Of a DNA stretch of 64,000 nucleotides, positions 11,401 to 23,100 are shown one piece after another. Positions within the stretch are counted from its first letter, which is position 1; each line of letters opens with the position of its first letter. The notes under the pieces are model-generated. The model was given only the letters and a program-made list of their open reading frames with translations, was not told the DNA's origin and did not search any database. Position numbers and translations under genes: made by a program. The DNA comes from Amoebophrya sp. A120 (taxonomy: Eukaryota > Protista > Dinoflagellata): positions 5,477,711 to 5,541,710 of the forward strand of contig CAJINV010000004.1 of the NCBI GenBank assembly GCA_905178155.1, given 5' to 3'.

Positions 11401-14400
11401 CGTCCGGAGAAAAATCATGTTGTACACGACAGAAACGGCTCCAGTAACGTTTTCAACCAGCGAAATAGTACTAACGAAGAGCGACTGTATGCCGATGTCC
11501 GTAATTTCGATGGTGCGCCGCCTCCGGAGGAGGACGTGCAAAACACCCGGTCCTCCTCTTCGTCCGCCGTGACTACCGGGAGCGGCGTGCCCCTGGACGC
11601 CGCAGACGTCGAGAATTACAATTATAATCCGGCGACCCTGCAATTCCGCTCGGTATTGCAAGGGAAAATGGTCCTCCCTAGAACAAGTGCTCCTATATTC
11701 GAAAGTGAAGTAGTTGTCTGTGAAAGCACTTCGTTTTGGATATAGGGGCGTCCTCGAGTGGGGATAATTTTTCATTTTGATACTCGACCTCCGGAACGCT
11801 GAGCGCGGTGCCGCCGCCACCAGTGCCGCTGTACACCAGTTCCTCCGACGAGCAGCGACTCACGACGGGGAACAGTTTATCCTGTGTAAAAGCGTCCACA
11901 CCCAATGGTTGTCATGCGAATCTGCTGCATGGTGAAAATTAAATGTTGTCTCTCATGCGGAGCCCCATGAGACGCATTTTCGAGCGCTGTTCGATGAAAT
12001 TTGTGATGCTACAATCAGCATGAGACACTAGACTTGTGATGCTGCTGCACTAGCTAAACGGGATTACATTCCGAGCCCAAATCTGTCATGCGAAACAGCC
12101 AAAGCTTGCTAATTTGTCTTGCAGATGATGAAGATTTTCCGACTGGACTATGGGGTGGGGACGTTCTTTTTACTCAGGATACAGTTCACCAAAAAGCATC
12201 GCCGCCTTCTCCAGCGAGGATATGGGAGGTGGGAGTGGCATATCCTGTGCAAAAGTATCGTACTCGTATGGGAATCATGCATTACAAATCTTTTCCTTAA
12301 GGGTAATCAGCATTATTCATGCTGAGGAAATTTGTAATGCATTTATACGAGCGCGATACTTTTGCACTGCATATGGCAACACCGCTTACACCGTCCCCTT
12401 GTTGCAGAAGGAACACCAGCCGTTATCAAATGTAAAAATGTCTGGGTCTGGAAGAATGCCAGACTTGTCATGCAGGTTTTCCATGACCCATGGGATCTGG
12501 TATATAGGACATAGCATGACAGATTCTGTGAGAGTTCTATCATGCCTATCCTGCATGAGAAACTCCCTCCCGACTTGGTCAAAAGTGGACAGCTTTTGGC
12601 AATCATGCAACACAGATTCTTACATGCTTCAGATTTAGCATGACAAGTTGTATTCCTCCAGACCCAGACATTTTTGCATTTGATAGCCGTTGCCGCGACA
12701 CCACTCGGACTCTTTCTACGCGCAGCACCTGTTGAAGCAGAGCACGTCCGCCCACCTGTTGCCGCCGGTTCCGGAGGACTTTTGTCGGCAGACCTCGGAC
12801 CCGACCGAAGTCTTTTCCTCCTACCCCCAACAAGTCGTCAGGAGACGGGCGATTTCTATGGAGTATATATTGAGCGTCAGAAGATACTAGATGCCAAGCT
12901 GATGATTTTTTGGGTTCTTCAGCGAATGTTGCAAAAAACTTGTCAAAGCTTTGCCTGAGTAATTTCTTTCACTTTGATGGTGCACTTCTATGTGGTGCGG
13001 TACTAGCTACTTTTTCTCGTAGTTTCGTGTTCATTTTTTTCCCTATGCAAAGAGTCGTTCCTCTACAAGAACAACTCCAGGCTTCCGCGGCAGCAGTCGG
13101 AGGGGCTTTTCAAAGCCATTGCGCGGGAAAGTCTGGCGCGTTTGGTGGAGGTGAGCCCGTTTATCAAATGCAAAAATGTCTGGGTCTGGAAGATTCCGAG
13201 ACTTGTCATGCAGATTTTCCATGATCCATGTTATCTGGAGTGCAGGACCTAGCATGACAGATTCTGCGGGATCCCTATCATGCGTATCCTGCATGAGAAA
13301 CTTCCTCGCAACTTCGTCAAAAGTGGGCAACTTTTGGCATTCATGCAACACAGATTTTTGCATGATCCAGAATTAGCATCACAAGCTCCAACCTTCCAGA
13401 CCCAGACATCACATTTTTACATTTGATACCGTTGGAGGACGCGCTGGTGGTGCGCAGACGAGGTTCCGCGCCGTCCCGCCCGCTGGAAGTTTCCACCACC
13501 GAGATGCTTTCTTCCGTCTGCTACTGGTGCGTGGCGGGGCAGTTTGCGCTGCTGCAGGGCGTATCAAATGTAAAAGTGTCTGGGTCTGGAAGAGTGCGCG
13601 ATTTGTCATGCAGCTTTTCCATGACCCATGAAGCCGGGAATGCAGGACCTAGCATGACAGATTTTGCGCGATCTCTCTCGTGCCTATCCTGCATGAGGAA
13701 CTCCCTCCCGACTTGGTCAAAACTGGACGACTTTTGGTAATCATGTGTAACAGTTGAAACGGAGCCCCCGGAAAGTCCGGAACCCTCCGTACAAACCGGC
13801 ACCTGAATATAATTTATGCTATTGGAAAACAACGACATTGTGCATTTTTTATACAAATGTAGGTTTTGCAGGGGTACCCATTCACACCGTACTGGGTTAC
13901 AGATTACACAGTACGGGCCCGGACGAATCAGGTCAGCCCGTTTGAAACAGGTCAGCCCGTACCCGAAACAGCACAAAATAACCTCGGCAGCCGGGTGCGC
14001 TTCGCGCTGCCGCGGCGCCCGTCAAATTAAAAGACCGCGCAAGCAGCTCGGTTACGCGCCGCAGCCTCAGCCTCATTCGCGACAAGCTGCATATAACTGG
14101 GTCAGCTAGCCCACAACAACATGTCGCCGCGAGTCCGCTTGCGCACGCTATCAATTCGTTTGAGTTGCGCTGAATGTCCGTCGGTTGGTCCAGCGAACCA
14201 CTGTCAAAGCGCCGCTACGGCGCCAACGGTGCAACCGCCAGCAGAAACATAACAAAGCCGGCCCTTCGTTCCGCATAGTCGCTACTGCCTCATCGCGCGC
14301 GCGCGCGCTATGTCGCCAGCTCGTCGCCCGCCTCTCGTCTCCCATGTCGTGTCGGCCGACAGGGCGCGGGCGTGGCTGCGGCACATGACAGGCACGCGCC

Positions 14401-15940
14401 CTCGTCGCTCGGTCTGCACACCTCCGTCGCGGTCGCCGCACCTTCTCTACTTTTTGCGGTACGGAGGTACCGATTTTCACACTGGCTTTATGTATGCTTT
14501 CTACATTTCCCAGTGTGTTTTTTTGAGAAATCATACTTTTCTTCCATACATATTGCTCCTGGAGGTACCCGATTGTCCAGGGGTACCAGTTTGATCAGTT
14601 TCACATGCAACACAGATGTTTGCATGCTTCAGATTTAGCATGACAAGTTGCATTCTTCCAGACCCAGACACTTTTACATTTGACAGGGCGTCTGCTCCGG
14701 CTTTTTCCTCGCGAACGGCGACAACCTCGCGCTCGTGTACCATTACGACGAGGACGTTGCGCAGCTGCTGCAGGCCCAGTCGCTGGTGAACTCGGCGGCG
14801 CGCATTTTTTTCGGGTTTCTGATGCAGGCTGGCATGCTATGAGATTGTATACTTAGCCCCCCCCCTCGTCCCTCTAATTTGATGTACTATGGCATGAACA
14901 GCAATACAACCACCAGCGCACGTGGGGCTGAAGCATGACAAATTTATGCACCTAATGCAAGTAGAAGTACTGTTTGGGCTTCCGAAATTTGTCATGCAAA
15001 CAGTGCCACCAGGCAGCGACAGGATTCAAAATTTTGCATGACAAATAAACGAGAGGGGGAGTTGTGCCAGTGTCATACGTGCGATCGGAGTGGCGCGTGG
15101 AGTTCGCGCGGCACCTGCTGCTCACCATGTTGGCCTGCTACCTCTCCCTGCTCTTTGTCGAGACGCGACCGCTGCTGAGCTTTTCGTTTCTGGGTATCGG
15201 GTTCGGGGGCAATTGGGCGATCCTTCCGGCGATTTTGACGTCATGGTACGGCCGAGGGAACGTGGCGGTTGGCTTCAACGTCGCCTGTCTCGTGTTCGTC
15301 CTGCTGGGCATACGTCGGAAAAAAAGCATTTTGTTAAGTGTAGTAAGGCTGCCATCCAGAAAAAGAATTATGCAAAATCACTCAAACAGTACCCACAACT
15401 TGTCATGCCAGACAACCACGAAAAAATCCTCTTTTCATATAATGTTGGCACCATCTTCATGTACGAGCGCAGTGCACGATAGGTTTTGGCATCTCTGCCC
15501 TGCAGAGCAAATTTGTGATGCTGTCGCGCGAAGATGACGCCTCTACATTAGCATGCCTACTTGTTTTTTCCTTGGATACTGCAACCTGTTGGCCGCGCTC
15601 TTTGTCTACGTGGATCGGGTGATATGAGAGTGCACAACTCCCCCTTCCCCTCATTTGTAATGCAAAATACCAATGGCAATCGCAATGCCACACCTTGCCT
15701 CTAAGCACAGTTTGCATGACAAATTTTGGATCCTTCATCACTACTACAATCCGCGTGCAGATTTGTCATGCAGAAGCCACATGTCTGGCGTTGCTTGTGT
15801 TGCTGCTCATGCCATGGAGGGGTTGTGCACTCTCATAGGTGAAAAGTATCGAGGCCGGCGTCGGCTTGATGCACAAGGGGTCTCTGGCCTTGGTCTACGC
15901 ATTCGCAAAAGTAAAAAATATTGTCGTACCAGTGTACTAG
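8489..15940 (+). CDS. Nodulin-like/MCH1-like major facilitator superfamily transporter, ~14 introns
   Basis: N-half GGSIYAFGSFAVELK...LGQFGNSGLG and GLSAFIWSLYF; C-half SLVNSAARIFFG and LGIGFGGNWAILPAILTSWYG. Removing each TIR element plus one TSD gives a continuous frame to TAG at 15938-15940. Boundaries of the introns near 9.06-9.36 kb and 10.03-10.35 kb are unresolved. Confidence 0.85.
9712..9990. mobile_element. Introner family B
   Basis: TIR tatcctgagtaaaaacgtccccacaccagagt; TSD aaacg; excision gives TSGN-GLSAF in frame. Confidence 0.93.
10386..10689. mobile_element. Introner family A1
   Basis: TIR tatcaaatgcaaaagtgtctgg; TSD ggcgc; frame restored (STAA-LWIG). Confidence 0.92.
10838..11116. 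mobile_element. Introner family B
   Basis: tatggtgagcaaaaacgtcccc...gacgtttttacaaatgata; TSD cgacg. Confidence 0.88.
11182..11329. mobile_element. Introner family C
   Basis: tatgcattgcaaaagtatcg...cgatacttttgcacaggata; TSD tgcac. Confidence 0.9.
11654..11782. mobile_element. Degenerate introner
   Basis: tattgcaagggaaaat...atttttcattttgata; TSD ctcgg/ctcga; frame restored (QFRS-TSGT). Confidence 0.7.
11878..12181. mobile_element. Introner family B
   Basis: tatcctgtgtaaaagcgtcc...ggacgttctttttactcaggata; TSD cagtt. Confidence 0.88.
12241..12373. mobile_element. Introner family C
   Basis: tatcctgtgcaaaagtatcg...cgatacttttgcactgcata; TSD tggca. Confidence 0.9.
12424..12685. mobile_element. 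Introner family A1 (opposite orientation to 10386)
   Basis: TIR tatcaaatgtaaaaatgtctgggtctgga; TSD gccgt. Confidence 0.93.
13162..13428. mobile_element. Introner family A1
   Basis: Same TIR; TSD ccgtt. Confidence 0.92.
13562..14685. mobile_element. Introner family A1 carrying a nested element
   Basis: TIR tatcaaatgtaaaagtgtctgggtctggaaga...tcttccagacccagacacttttacatttgaca; TSD gggcg; frame restored (LLQG-VCSG). Confidence 0.92.
13746..14603. mobile_element. Nested non-autonomous TG...CA element with 4-bp TSD
   Basis: TSD catg at 13742-13745 and 14604-14607; imperfect ~43-bp TIRs; removal restores the A1 core sequence tcatgcaacacaga. Confidence 0.85.
14838..15077. mobile_element. Introner family D
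   Basis: tatgagattg...gggagttgtgccagtgtcata; TSD catgc/cgtgc. Confidence 0.82.
15623..15837. mobile_element. Introner family D
   Basis: TIR tatgagagtgcacaac; TSD ggtga. Confidence 0.93.
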
Positions 15941-17186
15941 GTTGAATAAAAAATCAAAATCGAGTTTGCCAGCATGCTAAGAAAGGGAATTTGCTTAACA
16001 GAGATTAAAAACAACAAACATACCTGTCTGGTCTAGGCATGATAGACTGTGATGAGTACGGCTGCGATGGTAGTACAACTTTTGTGGTGCATACGCTCGG
16101 CTGTTCCGCGGCCCTCGGGGCCGTTCTTGTCCGGTTGCGACCCTGCCGCACGCAGGACGGGCAAACGCTCACCACCGTGCGGGTGCCCAGCTGTGCGCGA
16201 ACCTGAGGAGGCATTCGGAAACAGCTCCGAAGGTGGTGTAGTGGTGATGGGCTGTTGATATCCATGAAGACGAGCAGGTCATCAACCTTTTGTGAACGCT
16301 GGAGCGGGCGCGGCGCAGCCAGGTATTGCGGTCCTCCTGGGCGGGTCTCAACTGGATTCTGTTGCGCGATGCTGGTTGATAGACTTGAGGATTTCATTGC
16401 GCCGCCGTCCCCCACCTGTCTCCGGGACGAGGCATGTGTGTAGGTTGAGGTCTGATCAAGACGAGAATAAAGCAATTCGCTGTTGTAGAAATTGTTACGT
16501 AAATAAGGTGAATCAAACCGAAGGCACGCGAAGAGAAAGCCCTCCTCATTTGTGACACAACTCCGCATAAGTAGAGACAGAATCGAAAAGTAGATGCAGG
16601 GTAGGCACAAGAAGATGAAAGAGGCAAACAAGGGGATTTATTTTCGAAGTTTCTGTTTCGCCGTTCTTCATCTCGACGCATTGAAAGCAAAGACGTTGAT
16701 TTGTGCATCAATCTCGAACGTATTTCAAAATACGTGTCTGTTTCAAATGCAGAGGCAAATGCACAACTTCGAACCTTCACCGCGGTATAGCTCATCTTCG
16801 TGGACACCTAACATCGTCGGTTTTTTTTTGCGCCTTTTACTAAACTTGTTTTCTAATACTTCTTACTTGCTGAGAGAATACGATATCCTTCGTTCTATCT
16901 CTCTTGGTTCAAACCTATTGAGGCACGACTAGAAAAAGCTGCAAATCACAGAAGCGTTCTGCAAACCTCCAGGATCGTGGTCCACCCACAGTTTTTTACT
17001 TCCCGGAAATAGTACACCGGCCATGCCGAATGGCTCGGTTCATGGCGATTGCGCACCTGATGCTTGTCGACGATTATTCAGGCCCAGGGTCGTCCTCCCC
17101 CGAAGGGAACTTCTAGTGCAGCCCCGGACCAGCAGTGCCACCGCCTCGCAGCAAGACACCCGTAGAGGAAATCCACCCTCAGCGAA

Positions 17187-20100
17187 ATGTTTTACCCAGA
17201 CTACGCGTCGCCGACCGCGTTTTCATCCCATGCGCAGTGCCACTCACAGCCTCCAGAGTGGCAGCTCCGGGACGTGGACGGACGCCGGATTGGGCGACGG
17301 CCGGTTTTCAACAAGCACGACCCGAACACCCAGCGACGGTGGTTGGAATTGCAGCGGGGGCTGGTGAATGAACATGCTGGTGCGGAGGTCTTGCTTCCTG
17401 CCGTCGGGGGGCCTGAACGAGTGGACGCCGCAAGTGGAAGAAGATCTGTTTTTACGCAGTACGACGAGAAAGGAGGTGAGGACACTACTAGATCGGACAA
17501 GGATTCTGCTTTCGTGACAGAAAATTACGGGACCCGCGCGACGTGTCTCAGTCGTAGTAGAGGTAAACCTCCTCCGTCTGCCGACGTACTGGAGAAAGCG
17601 GGGTTTGATACACGGCGATTTTGTTTGCGTAGAAAGCCCGACGATGATGGGCAGCTGCAGGAGGCTACCTCCGGAAATAAGAGCGTGCTGCTGGAAGAGC
17701 AGGTTGTTCCCGCTGTTCGTTCCAGTGCGGGTACGACTACACAAATCTTCGCTGACCAGCCGAAGCCGGAATTTTACGAAACGCCGGACGATGTTGGGAG
17801 TATCAAATGCAAATATGTCTGGGTCTGGAAAGTTGTAATGCTGAGCGGGGAGTAGTGAATTCTCGGCAATGCACAGCCAAGCATGAGAAATATTTGCGCT
17901 GCTTAGTATTGCCTATTGCGCTTTCCGCATGAAAAACTGCGCTTTGCATGACAAGCAGAAGGGTCCCTTCTTGGGCGCGCATCACAAACTCTACAGTCAT
18001 GCCAGATAAGCATGACAAATCTTGCAATCTTCCAGACCCAAACAAATTTTTGCATTTGACAGGGAGGCCGCGGTTGCGATTCACCTCGCTCTTCGAGTCG
18101 GGCAATCTGGCTTACGCGACAGAGACGACAGAAGGGGGCTGCAGTTCACCTAGAAGTCGTCCCGCACCGACGCAGGAACAAGTGGATCTTCGGACCACAA
18201 GCAGAACCCGTGGCGCTGCAGAGCCGGACCATGGCGGGCCGCTGCGGTGCACAACGCAGCCTTTATCATCTGGGGGCACAGCTAAAAGTAGTGCTGCGAA
18301 AAGCAGCAGTAGCAGCAGCAGCAGCCCAAAGACGGGGAAAAAAGCGCGGTCAACAGGAGCACCACCAGTTGGCTCTTCTACTAGCAGTACTGACCGACAA
18401 GAAAACAATTTTCACCATGAGAAGTTGTATTCGCCACCGGCCGTCGAGGTCGACCCAGACCACGGTGGCGCGGCAGGAGCCTGCAATTATGTGGACGGAC
18501 AAACAAGTGGGCAAACGCAAATTCCTCCTGATCCAGATGGTTCATTTGTAGCACGTGCGAGGACGTCTTCGCCTGTGGACCTGCAGTACGACCTCTACCT
18601 GGACTACGACCTCGGAACTAAAGGGTATACCCAGTGGTTTTACTTCGCCCTGCAGGGTGTGAACGTCAAGCGCGGGTCGAGGATTCGCCTCCGGATCCGG
18701 AACTTGACCAAGGTGTCCAAGATGTACAGCCGGCAGGATCTTCTTCTGGATGGTAGAGACCGGCGCACCGGCCCGACGGGGCAGTCACCTCCACACGGCG
18801 TCGGACCAGCTCCTGCTGGTACTGCAAGAGGAAGTAGTGATAAAGATGCTAGCAATGTCGCTGGACGAGCAGCTTGTTCAGAGGAAAATGCAAGGGCAAG
18901 CACCCAACAACAACAGCAGAACCTCCCTTCGACTGCACCTTTTTATCGCCACCCAATGACACCGGTTACCTGGAGCTACGCGATGCCCGAGCTCGGCTGG
19001 ACAAGAGGGGCTGCGAATATAGTGGTACAGCCTAGCTACGGGACCGCCACCGCTCCGAGCAGCGAAAGGGCGCGGGGTCGAAATTCTGGGGCGGGTGAAA
19101 CCCCTCTGGTGGCGGTGCCGGCCGTGACTCCCTGGGTGAATCACGACGTAGCGTTGTACAACGCATACTGCAAACATCTGGACCTGCTGCAAGAGCAAGA
19201 TGCAGAGTCTAATCATACGTTGAATGCACGAGGACCTGCTCAGATGAATTATACTGTTTCAGCATCAAATGCTTTTGCTTGTTCATCAAGTACTAAGCAG
19301 AGTTCTTCCGTACCTCGCACGACGAACCGCCAGAAGGGACGGGATCCGCGAAACTGGACCACGCTGCAGTTTGACTACCTGTTTGAAGCAGACGACGACA
19401 CCGTGGCCTTTGCCTTCCACTACCCCTATACCTACACGCAGTGCCGGGAGTGGTGCCGGGAAATCTGCAAGATCGTCAAGAAACGCGAGAAGTCTTCGTC
19501 TTCCTGTTTAGTGCGGGACGAGGATCATTACTGTCCTGGTAGTGCCACTGCCAGCAGGTCTAGGCATGCTGCTCAAGGCCACCCCGGAGGAATAGGAAAC
19601 ACGAGCAGTCGTGGGGCAAGCCGGGACAAATCTGGTGCGCTGGTGACGGCGTGCAAAACGAATTTGTGTAGTAGTACGACCACACTGACAAACCACCGCG
19701 CTGCTGCGCCCGGTACTTCTACAACTAGAAGCTTCCAGCACACAACTTCCCCAACATCCCCACCTTCGCAGAGGAAATTTACCTCATCTATTGCGGAACC
19801 ACAAGTGAAGACCACGGTCAAACTCCGGACTCTGTGTCACACGCCGAGCGGATTGCCGTGCGAGCTGTTAGAGATCAGCGACGACGTTGTTCTGGACGAG
19901 TTTGATGGAAGTAGATCTGGGACGAGGAGTGCAGAGAGTTCTTCCGCACAGAAGGTGAAGTCCTCTGCCAGGGAACAAGACCGGAGACCGTTTATCTTCG
20001 TCAACGCTCGTTGTCATCCGGGGGAAACCAACAGCAGCTTCATGCTGCAGGGCTTCGTCTCCTGGCTGTTGGGGCTACATGTTCCAAGCGAAAATTGTGG

Positions 20101-23100
20101 TGATGAAGGTAGTACGGACCCCCGCACCCTAGGTGGTGGCTCCACCATCTCTGCAGCGGAACTGCGGCGGAAATTTCGCTGGTTCATACTGCCCATGCTG
20201 AATCCGGACGGCGTGGTCGCGGGGAACACGCGGTGTTGCCTCTCCGGCTTTGACCTCAACCGCAGCTTTGCGCACCCGCACAAGCAGCTGCAGCCGACGG
20301 TCTGGGCGCTGAAGCGCCTTTGGCGCACTTTGGTGGTGAAGGAAAAGCGCAGGTTTGCGTTTTTCTTCGATTTTCACGGCCACGCAAACAAGGAGGGCGT
20401 GTTTTTCTTTGGAAACGAGCCGTCTTGTAGTAGTTCCTTCGGGAGTGATGTTGTAGAACCTTTCAACGACGCAGGGAGTAGTTGTACCACTAGTGGTCTT
20501 TGGATGAACAACCTTATTTCACCTTCCACGGCAGCAGTTGTTGTGTCCTCTAGTTCATCTGCGGCCAACAAGCAGATTCTCGGAGGGGTTGGAGCACAGA
20601 GGCATGGTTCACCAGGAACATTTTCAAATGGCGGAGTTGCCACAACTGCTGCCTCATCTTCTCATCACTTTCGGGGAGGCTTGCGGGACCCGAGCGGAGG
20701 GCGGTTAATATGCGGAAGTACAACAAGAAGTGGTACAAGAAATCAGCAGAAGGAGAACCATGGAAATAATAAATCCGCCTCGTCTGGCGCAGCTTCGGAG
20801 GTCGCAGCATTTTCATTATCGGCATTCTCATCATCTTCCGCTACACCGCCATCCGCTTGCGTGTCTGCCGCACTGCTGAGCGCCCGGATCCGGCTGTTGC
20901 CGACTCTGGCAAGTTTTGCCTCGACCGACTTCGTCGCGGGAAGCTGCGCGTTCGAAAACAAGCCGGGAACCGCGAGATTTGTGGTGGCCGCGGAGTTCGG
21001 GTGCTTTTTCAGCTACACTGTAGAAGCGTCGTTCTGGTGTATGGACGTGGCGCAGAGGCGGCTGGAGGACGAAAGAAAGGCTTTGCTTTTTTTCGGCAGT
21101 CACCGCACCGATCTTCGCGCGAGCGCCGCTGGGCGAGTCGACCAGCGAGCCTTTGATACAGGCCCTAAAACCGCGGAGCAGGGGGATGGTACAACTACCA
21201 CAGAAGTCCAAGCCGCGGGCGTGGGGAGCCGGCGGGTTGCAGCTCCGGCGCCGCAAGAATCACTATGCCTTCAGGCCGGAGTGACGACGATGCGTTCAAG
21301 TTCATCTCGCGAAGATGCTAGGAGCCCGGACGGTGGTGAAAGAGGAAAAGCGACACCAAGAAAGGAATGGGCCGCTGCAGTACAAGGGCTACCTCGCGAG
21401 CAGGAAAACGAGGAAGCAGCTCCACACAGTGTTACTGTACCTCCTTGCGGAGGAGCGCGGGCAACAGCGGCGCAAGTTGTTGCAAGTGTAGACCTATGCA
21501 TTGCAAAAGTATCGTACTAGTAGAAATAGCATGACAAGTCTTGCCAAGAAAGAAAGGGGAATTTGTAATGCTGATTTACCTAAGATCGGAGATTTGTCAT
21601 GCATCATTGCGATTACTATCAGTGCGATGCTTTTGCAATGCATAAGGCCCGCCGATTGATGTTGTTCCGGCAGCCGAGGTCCAGCGGCTCAAGTCCGCCA
21701 AGGCGGCGGAGCGACGGGCCCGGCTCGCGGTCCGCGAGGAGCGGGTGGAGAACATCCGCATTATGCAATTACAAAAGTAGCGTACTACGTATGAATTGCA
21801 TCACAAATAATTTTTGCTGTAAAAGGAACAGGAAGTAAGAAATTTGTAATGCTGATCAGGAGATGAAAGGACAAGGAGGTTTCGTTTGTAATGTAGAACC
21901 CGAACTACGTGGGAGTACGCTTATACTTTTGCAAACCATTCGCCTGGTGTTGCGGCAACTGCGGCTCGGGGTGCCGGTGGCCCGGTTGCCGGAGGAGGTT
22001 CCCGTCGCGGAGCTGGACACCGTGAACAAGGTGCTTCTGGAGTTGGATCGACGGGCGGTGCGAAGTTTTATGAAAGACCACCCGCAGCCGGACCGAGAAC
22101 ATCAACTTGTGTTTAACAAGAACGGGCAGGATGAACAGGTGGAGCTTCTTGACATACAGATTCCAAACACGAGTGCTGCAGGAGCTCCACTCGTGGTCCG
22201 CCTGGCCGACACGCAAACGGTATCGCCGACGGGTGGTTGTGCAACTGCAAGAACCTCTATGCAATACAAATTTCCCGTACATGTACAAGATGCATCACAA
22301 AGTTCACCACTCTGGGGCGTAAAACTTGTCATGCCAAACTAGGATCGAAGCCAAGTTTTGTCATGCAGAGACCGCATTTGTACGTGTACAGGAAATTTAC
22401 TGTGGATAACCTCTCAGTGGATCGACTTGGACACCACAACGAACTCCCCCTCGAGCGGGGCGACGATGAAAAACTCCAATCACAAGCACAGAACTACCTC
22501 CTCTGCTGCAGATAGAGATGCGGCCAGCTGCGCGACTGAGAACATCAAGCGAGACCACGACGACACTGATTTAGAAGCAACACTAGCGGGCTGCAGCGAG
22601 TGGCTCCGGTCGAAGCACGTGGAAAGTTTAGGGAAACCGACGTTGCCGCGCCCGTATTTATTGTGTGATAGGGACGACGTCGAAAGCACACCACTGGTGG
22701 GCCGCGAAGACGAGGGCTTATTTCATCTTCCGGCATTCGAAGATGCAACGGAGCAGTTAGTGAAAAGCCAAAACATCTACTTTTCGCCGCACCGGTTAGA
22801 ATCTGTGGGAACAGCGTTGGGCCACGCTCTGGCATCGTTCCTGCAATGCACGGATGTTGATCAACAGTACGAGCGAGGAACGACAAAGGAAGGGAAAAAA
22901 GTAGATGCTCCGCAGGTGCGAATGTTGGCAGAGAAGCGGCTGGAGGAAGCGAAGTTGGTGGTTGGGGGGAGCAATAACAACGACCGAAACGACGAGAACT
23001 ACGGCCATCTCGGAGTCGTACACGACCACGATCGCAAAGTAGAAGTCGTCTCAAAAAAACACGACGTCTGGGCGAGCTGCGAGGAGAAACTGCAAGACGC

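Noticed and set aside
16005-16631. Minus-strand 208-aa ORF between the MFS and CCP genes
   Set aside because: No recognisable domain or splice support.
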